A stretch of DNA of 62,537 nucleotides, counting the filler, from Pirum gemmata (Eukaryota), in the NCBI GenBank assembly GCA_002812295.1. It is 23 parts of 23 records of this genome, joined end to end, with 100 filler letters (N's around TTAATTAATTAA, not from the genome) between each part and the next. Parts side by side here need not be neighbours in the genome. Positions count along the whole stretch, not along the records: positions 49,472 to 52,024 come from PDIN01005632.1; positions 52,125 to 54,708 come from PDIN01005633.1; positions 54,809 to 57,189 come from PDIN01005634.1; positions 57,290 to 59,873 come from PDIN01005635.1; positions 59,974 to 62,537 come from PDIN01005637.1; 18 more parts are not named here. One strand, written 5' to 3'. A program made the translations under genes and the position numbers. The notes under the pieces were generated by a model. It saw nothing but the letters and a program-made list of their open reading frames with translations. It was not told the DNA's origin and searched no databases. The first letter of the stretch is position 1. Each line of letters starts with the position of its first letter. Below, one piece after another: positions 49,505-62,537 of this stretch.

Positions 49505-52158
49505 CATATTATATTATAATCATAGTGCCAAGAGTGTGTGCCAACTTCCGATTCAGTGGGGTTGCAGCTATTGAGTATTGATACTAATACCATCTAGCTC
49601 TCTAGCTAGCTACCCCAAGACCAGCTCTCAATATTTAATTTGGTACTGTTTAAGCGTATAATTGAACTTGTTTATAAAAAAAAATATTATATATAAAATA
49701 CCGAATTAATTAAAACATGTCTGATAGTTTAACCATAATAATAATTTGGTATGTTTTATTTCAGTTTTTGAACTAGATTATTTTAATAGATGAGCTAGAC
49801 TAGCTAGCTACTAGTAGTAGCTACTAGCTAGAGTAGTCTAGCTAGCTAGTAGTAGCTACTAGACACTACTAGCTATCATAGCTAGCTAGCTAGAGAGTAG
49901 CTAGGTCTATCATCCCAACTAGTATCATAGCTAGCTAGTAGCTACTAGCTAGCCTATCATCCCTTAGCATCCTGCTAGCATCCTGGGATCGCTCTAAAGT
50001 TTGTCTAGTAGTGTCTAATGTAGGTCTAGCTAATGTACTTTTCATTTATTTTGCCTTTTTTGCCACCCCGAATATTTATTTGGTTGGTTATGATATTTAA
50101 ATCGACTTTTTTAAAAGAATAAATAAATAATAAAGTATACCAAATTAAATAAAATGGATTTATATTGTTTTAATTTGGTACTCTTTTTTGTATATTTTAT
50201 GATGACAACCTCCCAGTCTACTCTATGATACATAAAAACTAGACTAGACTAGTCTACTGCTAGAGCTGCCAAAAAAGTGGGCTACCTTCCGGGCCACGGA
50301 CCCGCGGGCGAGGGGACCTTGGCATTAAATTTTTTTATCGCGCTTTTCAGTTGTTTTGGTCATCATAAAATATACAATAAAAAGTACCAAATTAATACAA
50401 CATAAATCCATTTCATTTAATTTGGCATATTTTATTATCTATTTATTCATTTAACAATGTCAATTAAAAAATTATAACCAACCAAATAAATATTCGCAGT
50501 GACAAAATAAATGAAAAGCGCTATAGATGAATTACGACGAAAGAGACAAACGACTGTCAGACCTAGACTGTCGGACTAGAGTCCTGCCACATGGATACAA
50601 AAATGAAATTATTTTAATTAACGACTAGTAACTAAAGCTAGAGGTATAGAATACTTTTCCGAAATTCTCGATGAATACCAAAAGTATACCAATGATCATA
50701 AAGCTATTCTACATCATACTATACAGCCAATAACCAAAGAATCATCATAGAAAAATTGCCTTAATTCAGTCTTAATTCCATGCAACAAAAAAAAAAAAAA
50801 ATCGCAATAATTCCATGGTTATTTCCATCGTAGAAGTAGACATTGTAAATGGCAATATTTAGAAGTAAACATTGTAAAATGTAATATTTCTATGATAGAA
50901 GTATACAATGTAATTGGCAATATTTCTATGATAGAAGTATATATATGATTATTTTTTTTTTAAGTTACCCCGAAAAATTAAAAAGGCAATCGTTGAATAA
51001 TATTATTTCTTTACGGGTTCTTTTTGTAATGAGGATATTTTGAATTGGATTGATATCGGTGATCTTCTTGAGTTTATATTGTAGAAGCAGAAGAAACAGA
51101 TTTATTAAACTTTAATTAAATTTTGCCCGACCCCAACCCTCCCCCTCCTCCTAATGTAGATCCAGAAACAGGACTTATAATGGTATGATAGCAACCAGCC
51201 GATGACAAGTAGGCAACATGAATTTATTGATATTTAATATATATTATTATATGTGACGTCGATGTCTTTTCTGTCATAATATTATATGACCCTTCCTAAT
51301 TAAGTATATATTCTTTCTTATTTAAGTATATATCCTTTCTTAATTAAGTATACGTCCTTTATTAAGTAATTATAAGTATATAATATTATACTAAATTAAA
51401 AAAGTATTTATATATTATTAATATTTATTAAATTAATTAATTAATTAAGAAAGGATAATTATATATATCATTACTCGATAAAGGATATAATAATATTCTT
51501 ACTTTTATTAATAAATTATATTATGTACTTTCTTTACTTTACCAACTCTTCTTTATTTGTCCCCTTTCTTATATCAACACACTTAGCGATTAACATTGGT
51601 TTTTAATGAGTTTGCGGATAAACCTTTAGGAATTTAAAGAGGTTGTTAACTAACCTACCTTTGGTTATTACTATTACTATTATTATTATATACAATGATA
51701 CAAATAATTATTAAAAACATCCAAATTAACATATTGTTACATTTTTAATAATTGTATACAAACATATAACATTAAAAATAAATGTTTATTTGATACAAAT
51801 AACTTATTATTATTCAAATAATAATAATTAATTTAATAATAATAATATTAATAATAATAATAGTAATAATATATTTAATAACTAAATATAATTATAAGTA
51901 ATATTCATTTATATCTAAGATAACATTAAATTTTATCCGTTAGACATTATATACCTAAATATTAAAGATGATATTAATAATAATAACATGATAATAATGA
52001 TAATGATAATAATAATGATAATAANNNNNNNNNNNNNNNNNNNNNNNNNNNNNNNNNNNNNNNNNNNNTTAATTAATTAANNNNNNNNNNNNNNNNNNNN
52101 NNNNNNNNNNNNNNNNNNNNNNNNAATAATAATAATAATAATATTTCAATAATTATAC

Positions 52159-52933
52159 CTTTTTCCCCTCTTCCTCCTTCATCTCCCACTCAACCTTTCT
52201 CTGTCTATGTTCCCAATTTTCGGGCAATTTTTTACGTTTATCTTCTTCTATTAATTCTTTTTTATTTTGATAGGAGGCTTGGTCCTATTAAAATCATAAT
52301 TAGTTTTTTATTTTAATTATTGAAGTTGTTGTTTTTGTTGTTGTTTAATTAGCATTTTACTAACTCAGACATACTGAGGGTTAGGGTTAGGGTTAGAGTT
52401 AGGGTCAGGGTTATAGGATTAGTACGGTTAGGGTTAGGGTTACGGTTAGGGTTTGGGCTATAGACTTAGAGTTAGTGTTGGGGTTAGGGTTAGGGTCGGG
52501 GTTAGGGTCGGGGTTAGGGTTGGGGTTGGGGTTAGGGTATAGGGTATAGGGTTAGAGCTATAGGGTTATAGGGTTAGATTTAGGGTTTTAGGGTCAAGGT
52601 TAAGGGTTAGGGTTAGGGTTAGGGTCATAGGGTCACAGGGCAGGGCTAGTAGTTAGTTAGGCTTAAGAGTTGGAGTTAGAGTTAGAGTAATGTTTACAGT
52701 TAGGAGAGTTGGTTTTGATTTGGGAGTAGAACAAAGGATACCATGATTCATTTTTATCTTTGCTGTTCAGTGCCGAAATTGTTTTTTGTTTTGTAAGTTT
52801 TCAGTTTTTATATTAGTTTTTGTTGGTTTACCTTTTTCTGACGAAGTTCACGGATTTTCTTTAAACGATCCATTCTTGACATTTGAGAAACAGAAACAGG
52901 TTTTTCTGATTTCTTTGCTAACTTGTCACTCAT
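52159..52933 (-). CDS. SYF2: Pre-mRNA splicing factor SYF2, exons 1-2 (52933-52832 and 52284-52159), 3' partial
   Basis: MSDK...RMDRLKKIRELRQKK|DQASYQNKKELIEEDKRKKLPENWEHRQRKVEWEMKEEEGKK matches the conserved SYF2 EEDKR.KLP.NWE...EWE segment. Confidence 0.88.
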
Positions 52934-53137
52934 GCTTGGTTGTTATGTTTTGTATTGTTTTTAAGTGTATATAGATTAGTTATTACTACTAATGAGTGAG
53001 TGAGTTAGTTAGTCAGTTAGTAAAAGATTATATATGTTTATCGTTTACCATTTATTATTGTTATCAATCAATCAAACAAATAAATAAAGATAGAAACACC
53101 TGGTCTGTTTATTCAAAATCAAATGGTAATGATAAAG

Positions 53138-53178
<41 letters not shown>

Positions 53179-53202
53179 TATAATGATAATGATAATGTAA
53201 TG

Positions 53203-53234
<32 letters not shown>

Positions 53235-53561
53235 GATGATAATGATGATAATGATAATGATATTGATAATGATAATGATAAAATGATAATGATAATGATA
53301 ATGATAATGAAAATGATAATGAAAATGATAATGATAATGATAATGATAATATAATTATAATGTAAATATAATGATAATAGTGATAATATAACAATAATGA
53401 AAATAATGATAATAATGATAATAATGATAATAATAATAATGATAATAATAATAATAATAGTGATAATATTATAATAATAATGATACTAATGATACTAATG
53501 ATAAATAATGATAATAATAATAATGATAATAATGATGATAATGATACTAAAAATAATGGAG

Positions 53562-53595
<34 letters not shown>

Positions 53596-54939
53596 AATAA
53601 TAATAATAATAAAAAATAATAGTAACAATAATAATAAAATAATAATAACAATAATTATAATAAATAATAATAAAAATGAGAATAATAATTTATTTATAAC
53701 AGACTATTTATTGTTTACTTTATGATGACGTAGAAAAAATCGTTAAAAAAAACAAATATTAATAAAAAAACATTCTAACAGCTATTCTAACCATTTTTTT
53801 AAACTTTTATAAAGAACTTTTATGGGTAGAATTATTATTAGTTTTGGAATTTTTGGCGACAAATTAGAGACTTCTGTTTAACCCTAAAAAAAAAAAGTAC
53901 AAAATTATGACGTTTTGGTTTTCACCTCTGAAAATACTCTTGTAAAATGTTATGTACTTTTAGTTCTAAAAGTTACCAAAAACAGAACCAAAGATACCAA
54001 TTTAAGAAACTATATTACTTAAAATAGTTAAAAGTATTTCCAAAAAATTCCTTTTCATTTTTAAAAAATTATTATTACGAGTCTTAATTTGGTATGTTAT
54101 AATTACAATTTGGTGCTTTTTAATATAACAAAGTAAATATTAAAAAAGACCCGATTATTAAATCCTACACTTTTATATTTAATTTGGATAACATTATGGA
54201 AAAACTATTGTAAATTTTAATATCGAGTTCGAGCTCAAAAAAAAAAAAAAAAAAAATCGGTTTATTGCGAAAACATGCGAATATTATTATTAACAAAAAA
54301 CAACATTTTTTGTTTTCCGCATTTCTCCGCAGAAGCTCACATGGAGCGTGGTTAATTACAATTACTTACAATTACACTTTTCAAGCGTAATTAGAATGTG
54401 TTAACTTTTAGTATTGTAAATAGACTAATACAAAAGTAATGAATGAGTGTATGTTATTACGTAATAAAAGGGAAATGATCTTATTTTCATATTTTCTTTC
54501 GGGTATGTTTTATATTTATTATTAATTATTAAAACCTACCAAAATAATTAAATTGCACAGTTAAAAAAATTAATTAGCTACTTTTTAACCACCTATAGTT
54601 GTTACTCTTAATACTACTTACAGTCTTCATTTTTTTCTCAGATCTCATTTTAGACTATTGATTATAAATATTAGATTATCGATATTATTATTATTATTAT
54701 TATTATTANNNNNNNNNNNNNNNNNNNNNNNNNNNNNNNNNNNNNNNNNNNNTTAATTAATTAANNNNNNNNNNNNNNNNNNNNNNNNNNNNNNNNNNNN
54801 NNNNNNNNTACTACTACTACTACTACTACTACAACTACTACTACTACTACTACTACAACTACTACTACTACTGCTACTACTATGTATTAATTAAAACATT
54901 AGGTTTCGGGTTTGGGGTTATAATACCGTTATAATATTC

Positions 54940-57189
<2,250 letters not shown>

Positions 57190-58498
57190 NNNNNNNNNNN
57201 NNNNNNNNNNNNNNNNNNNNNNNNNNNNNNNNNTTAATTAATTAANNNNNNNNNNNNNNNNNNNNNNNNNNNNNNNNNNNNNNNNNNNNCAATAATAAAA
57301 TTCACATTATCGATAGCTTTGGTGAGTTATAAAAAGTATTAATTTGGTGGGTTATAATCTTTAAATTGACATTTTTAAATAAATAAATATATAATAAAAC
57401 ATACCAAATTAAAGTAAATGGATTTATATTATATTAATTTGGCTATTCTTTATTGTATATTTTATAATGACAAAAAATGTACGATAAAGAGCACCGAATT
57501 AATATAATATCCATCCACATTTTAATATGCATTTTAACTTTTTTTTTATTTATTTTTAAAAATAAAACATTGTGCTTGTCATTTATCATTTTATCACTCT
57601 AAGTATTAATTTGGTGGGTTATAATCTTTAAATTGACATTTTTAAATAAATAAATATATAATAAAACATACCAAATTAAAGTAAATGGATTTATATTATA
57701 TTAATTTGGCTACTCTTTATTGTATATTTTATGATGACAAAACAACTTGAAAAGCATGATAATATTTTAACTAGACTGTAGTAATTATGATAACGTGCCC
57801 ACATTGGACCAAGCTTTTGTACTTTGTCGCTTTCTTTGGCCATTGGATCTATTGCTAGTTTCGGATATATACAGAAATTTTGTTTTGTTGACTAGAATCC
57901 TACATATATAAAAATAATTTTCTTCTTCTTATCAAACAAAGCAAACATTGCATTGAATTCAACATCACTTTTTCTTCGAACATTTGTTTTGTCAATTAAG
58001 AATGGAATATATATATATATATACCGGTATATAAAGTGTTTGTCGAAAAGTCGGCCAGATTCAGCAGTCACACATTCCCTTTTTAGAAAAACGATGTTTG
58101 GGCACAAGGTGATTTTAATACCTAGTTGATTAAATAATGCATTATATTTATCAACACACACATGTGTACATAACATTCAACACATTGATTCATTCCATTG
58201 CACCAGGTTTCTCTTTTTTAAATGTCCATATCAACAAATCAACTGTTTTAATTCTTATTATACTTTTTTTTAGTTACACATAAGCAAGAAATGATAAAAT
58301 TAAAAAAGACAATTAAAAAACAAAGAACACAAAGCTGTAATAGCACCAGTACATTAACGATTCACTAACCCTAACCCTAACCCTAACCCTTTTTCTAGAT
58401 TGCCATTTTAATGGCTTAAATTGAAATCTGAAAGCTTAGAATTTTCATCTGATAGTGTCAGATGGTGGGGAGGGTCTGTTTTTGTGGTGATTAATGTA

Positions 58499-58684
58499 TC
58501 GTGTTTTTCAATAGTGTTATGCAATTCAAAAACTGAAATAAAAGTACCAAATTAAAAACTATCAGGCATGTTTTAATTAATTTGGTATTTTATACTTAAT
58601 TTTGTATTTTATAAACGAGTTCAATTATACTCTTAAACGGTACCAAATTAAAGATTGAGAGGACAGCTGAAATGAAATAGACGA
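58499..58684 (+). mobile_element. MITE family B (TA-flanked, ends related to family A)
   Basis: TA|TCGTGTTTTTCA...TGAAATAGACGA|TA with core taccaaattaaagattgagagga. Copies at about 11050-11222, 34935-35095(-), 36373-36528(-), 49626-49775(-), 55226-55332 and 60520-60668. Confidence 0.75.
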
Positions 58685-58853
58685 TAATCGGGTTTTCACG
58701 CAGCGTTCAAATAATACGTCACGTCAAGGGGTAGGTAGGTAGGTGGTATTTGACCGGAAATTAACGTCGAGGGGTAGGTAGGTAGGAGTATTTGAAGCTG
58801 TATTTGAATGCTCCCATAGGGTGATGAAAAGAAACAAAAAAAACCAAATATAG

Positions 58854-59156
58854 CATGAGGTACTCATGAGGTCTAAAATATAAGGCCAACCCGGATGACG
58901 TCATTATAATAACAATAAAATATAGTTTTTAAGGATGTGTGACAGAATGAGAGGGGAAAGTTGAAAAATATTTTTTTATAATTACATACCATATTTAAAA
59001 CAATATGATAACGTCATGACCACTTTCATTAATCCCATGTATAGTAATATCATTAATAAAATCGAAATATCAACTTTCCTCACGCTCTTTTCACACATCG
59101 CAGAAAAAAATATCATTATAACGTCATCCACGTTTCCCTCATACTTGGACCTCATG
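58854..59156. mobile_element. P-element-like foldback MITE
   Basis: CATGAGG...CCTCATG termini with long imperfect IRs (ggatgacgt / acgtcatcc and ggaaagttga / tcaactttcc). Flanks AATATAG and AATATAC give a 6/7 TSD match. Confidence 0.6.
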
Positions 59157-59279
59157 AATATACAGTCAATAGTAGCGTAATAAGCTATTTATGACGACAA
59201 AGTTAGTAGCATAACAAGTTATTTTTTTTATCGCAATATAATTAAGTAGAAAACAATTTTTTTTTTTCATTCTTTTTTT

Positions 59280-59401
59280 TCAAGAAACTGGAAGTAGCTC
59301 TGAACTGACTGTTATTCGCACGATCAGGGTATTATTCAAAACAAAAGACTTTTGTGGGTCATCAAGTTGTTCGTGACTCATAAATGAACCCCAACCCCAA
59401 C
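59280..59401 (-). CDS. MATH/TRAF-domain protein, last exon
   Basis: Acceptor ttag at 59402. GWGWGSFMSHEQLDDPQKSFVLNNTLIVRITV matches the MATH C-terminal WG..F...L.D...F..ND.L motif. Confidence 0.75.
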
Positions 59402-62400
59402 CTAAAATATATATTATGAGTAAATTGAGAAAAATGAAAAAAATGAAAAAAATGAAAAAAAAAAATGAGAAAATGAAAAAAAATGCAAAAAATGAAAAAA
59501 AAATGAGAAAAATGAAAAAAAATGAGAAAGCTGAAAAAAAATGAGAAAAATGAGAAAAATGAGAAAAATGAGAAAAATGAGAAAAAAATGAGAAAAATAT
59601 AACATCAATGAAAATAAACACTTGGGATTGAGCATAATAATAAGAAAATACGAGAAAACCAAAAAAACTATATATAAAAAAAACAAAAAACCAAATCCCA
59701 CAAATGAAAAATCAATTGACAAAGAATGGTAGCCTAATAGTAGAAGAAGTAGTACTAGTAATAATAATAATAATAATTACAAACTAATTAACACCGAATG
59801 ATAACAAGAATAACGCAATAACGATTGTTACAATAATATGCAATAATAATCATAATAATAATAATAATAACAANNNNNNNNNNNNNNNNNNNNNNNNNNN
59901 NNNNNNNNNNNNNNNNNTTAATTAATTAANNNNNNNNNNNNNNNNNNNNNNNNNNNNNNNNNNNNNNNNNNNNTTTTTTTTATTTTATTTTTTTATTATT
60001 ATTATTTTTTTTTTTTAAAAAAACTGCCAGGCCGGATAAAACTATAGAAATCATCTTTTTTACACTTCTTTTCTAAAAATCTTTAATGCTAACTAGCCAA
60101 TTATTTTTAAAAACTAGCAATTGGTTCATAATAGAGTTATATTAGTTAGATATTTTCTCAAATTTTGGTAGTAATTTTATTTAAATTGGATCATTTTGTG
60201 ATTTTTTGAATTTTTGAGAGCACATATGGCGGATGCCGCCGGCTTGGAAGTTAAAAAAAAAGATTCGAAATTCGACTAGCTAGCTAGCTAGTATTAGTTA
60301 GCTTTCTACTCCTAGCTAGCTAGCTACTACTAACTATCGATAGCTACTATTTTAAACTTAGAGTAGACTAGTCTGGAAAAGTCTGGAACATTCTATGATT
60401 CATTACCGAATATACTAAAATTAGAGAACTAATATCTAAAAAAAGAAATATATATATATATAACTAAATATAGTAAAAAGTAAAACTACTCTTTTTGTTC
60501 AAAAGCTGTAATAAACGTAAACGTCTTAGTACCAAATTATTAAAATGATGAAACTATTGGATATGCTTTAATTAATTTGGTATTTTATATTTAATGTTGT
60601 ATTATATAAACAAGATCAATTATACACTTAAACGGTACCAAATTAAAGATTGAGAGGACAACAGACGATTTTTATATTTATGATATCATAATATTATGAG
60701 TATATTATTATGATAATCCATGTATCATAGACCTGTCACCTGTCTAATAGACTAATAGACTAACCCTAACCCTAACCCTAACCCTAACCCTAACCCTAAC
60801 CCTAACCCCAACCCCAACCCCTAACCCTAACCCTAACCCTAACCCTAACCCCTAACCCTAACCCTAACNNNNNNNNNNNNNNNNNNNNNNNNNNNNNNNN
60901 NNNNNNNNNNNNNNNNNNNNNNNNNNNNNNNNNNCTAGCTAGCTAGCTACTACTAGAGAGACCAAGGAGTCAAAAAAAAAAAAAAAAACAAGTTATATAC
61001 AGTTATAGTGGATGTAACTCGATAATTTGATATATAATAGTTTCGAGCAACTCAAAATAATTCTAAACAAGAAAAACAACTACTATAAAAAGACTTTTTA
61101 AATATAAGTATATTTATATAGTAACTTAATTAAAACATTTTAATACTTTTTTTGGTAACTTTATTTTAAATTGTTCGGAAACTGTTCGAACTGAGGTCAT
61201 CTCACTCTGGTGGTGGTGCTCTACTACTAGCTAGCTCTAGCTCTAGCTAGCTGGTATTCTACTATTCTGGTGGAAAGTTTGAGCAACTGTTTGAGATGTT
61301 TGAGACAGTTTTGAGACTTGTTTGAGCTAAAGTTTGGAAAAATCAAGAAAAATCAGGAATGTTCTAAAAAATATTGTTTCTGTTTTTGAAGTATGTATTT
61401 ACAAAAAAAGCAATTTACACGACCGCGATTTTCTGATAATTTGATTGGTCCATAAGTTTTGCTTTAGTATTCGAGAATCGAAACTGAAAGCCCGATAATC
61501 CGAATCCGATCCTATCAATTTTTATCGAGTTTTTTATTTATTAATACATTTATTATTGTTATTATTATTATTTTTTTAAAAAAAAAACGATTTCAAGCCT
61601 TGAGTATTTCCCGATATTAAACCAATCTTTCTAAAAAATTGAAACTTTTTTATTAGAAAAAATACCTAATATATATATATGTTATCTATATATAGTTTTA
61701 TCCATATATAGATATTACACTGATAGTAGAGGAGACAGTAGTTCGAGCTTAAATTAAAATCGAACATTCTCGAATTAAATTTTTATTTTTATTATTATTA
61801 TTTATTATATATGATTGAAATAGAATTTTCATAAACTTTTCTAATCGAATAAAGAATCGAATTTATATTTATATCATATGATACATGATATGATGAGAAA
61901 AAAAAAAAAAAAAAAAAAAGGGAAAAAAGTTAAAAAAAAAAAGTTTTAAAAAACTGAAAATTTTTAAAAAAAAAAAAACTGGTTGGTCAAAAAAGCCTAC
62001 GAATTATTTTTTTAGTATCGATCGACGATAGGTCTAGCTAGTCTCTAGCTATCAAGATATCATAGTCTAGTCTACGTAGACTAGCTAGCTAGAACTTAGC
62101 TAGAGTTTATCATACTAAGTCTATCATACCTCTAGCTAGACGTCTAGATCATAACTGGTAGTACTCTCCTTCATAGACCTAGCTTAAAAAGTGAATGAAG
62201 AAAGAAAAATTTTGTTTATAATACATAATACTTATATTTAAAATATTATATTACTGTATATACAATATAAATAAATAATAAACATTGAAGTAAATAGACA
62301 GATATTTATAACAGAAATCAACATTTCTAAACCATTTTGTTTTAATTTTAAAATAATTTAAAGATATTTAGCGGAATAATAACAAAACCAACTATATAAA

Positions 62401-62402
62401 TA

Positions 62403-62480
62403 ATGGCCGTTCAACTAACACCACTTTATGAAAAACTTTTGAAAGAGATTGAGTCTGTTTTGGAAGTTGAAGACGATTTG
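62403..62480 (+). CDS. Possible first exon of an unknown gene
   Basis: A-rich context ATG, MAVQLTPLYEKLLKEIESVLEVEDDL, then a gttatt donor. Confidence 0.3.
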
Positions 62481-62537
62481 GTTATTTTCAATTAAATTTT
62501 ATTTTATCACTGTTGTATATTATTATTATTATTATTA

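Noticed and set aside
57892..58176. 94-aa ORF
   Set aside because: Interrupted by a (TA)n run, with no recognisable motif or splice support.

Overview
This window is not one locus. It is 23 short contigs or scaffolds (mostly about 2.55-2.59 kb, apparently length-sorted) joined by artificial N44-TTAATTAATTAA-N44 linkers, so no synteny can be read across linkers. The source is a very AT-rich eukaryote with GT-AG introns, TTAGGG-type repeats and many microsatellites. Gene content (class C GPCR-like 7TM, PX, MATH, LysM, SYF2, a multi-tyrosine docking tail) fits an opisthokont, possibly a unicellular holozoan; this placement is inference. Manual translation recovered several genes the ORF track misses: a secreted polyprotein of 94-aa 8-Cys repeats split by KR sites (1-1002), spliced SYF2, PX-domain, LysM and CbbX/SpoVK-like AAA exons, and an acidic tail rich in SH2-type tyrosine motifs. 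Two fragments look bacterial in origin (AceE/transketolase-like enzyme, SDR). Non-coding DNA is dominated by at least seven MITE families (some nested, with clean TSDs), a tRNA-derived SINE, gag-protease, integrase-chromodomain, LINE and T5orf172-like relics, and an inverted-repeat-flanked orphan ORF inside the AAA gene. The top leads are the Cys-repeat polyprotein, the tyrosine-motif tail, the orphan cassette and the sense-strand (CCCTAA)n bias in introns. All family assignments are from manual motif recognition, not database searches.
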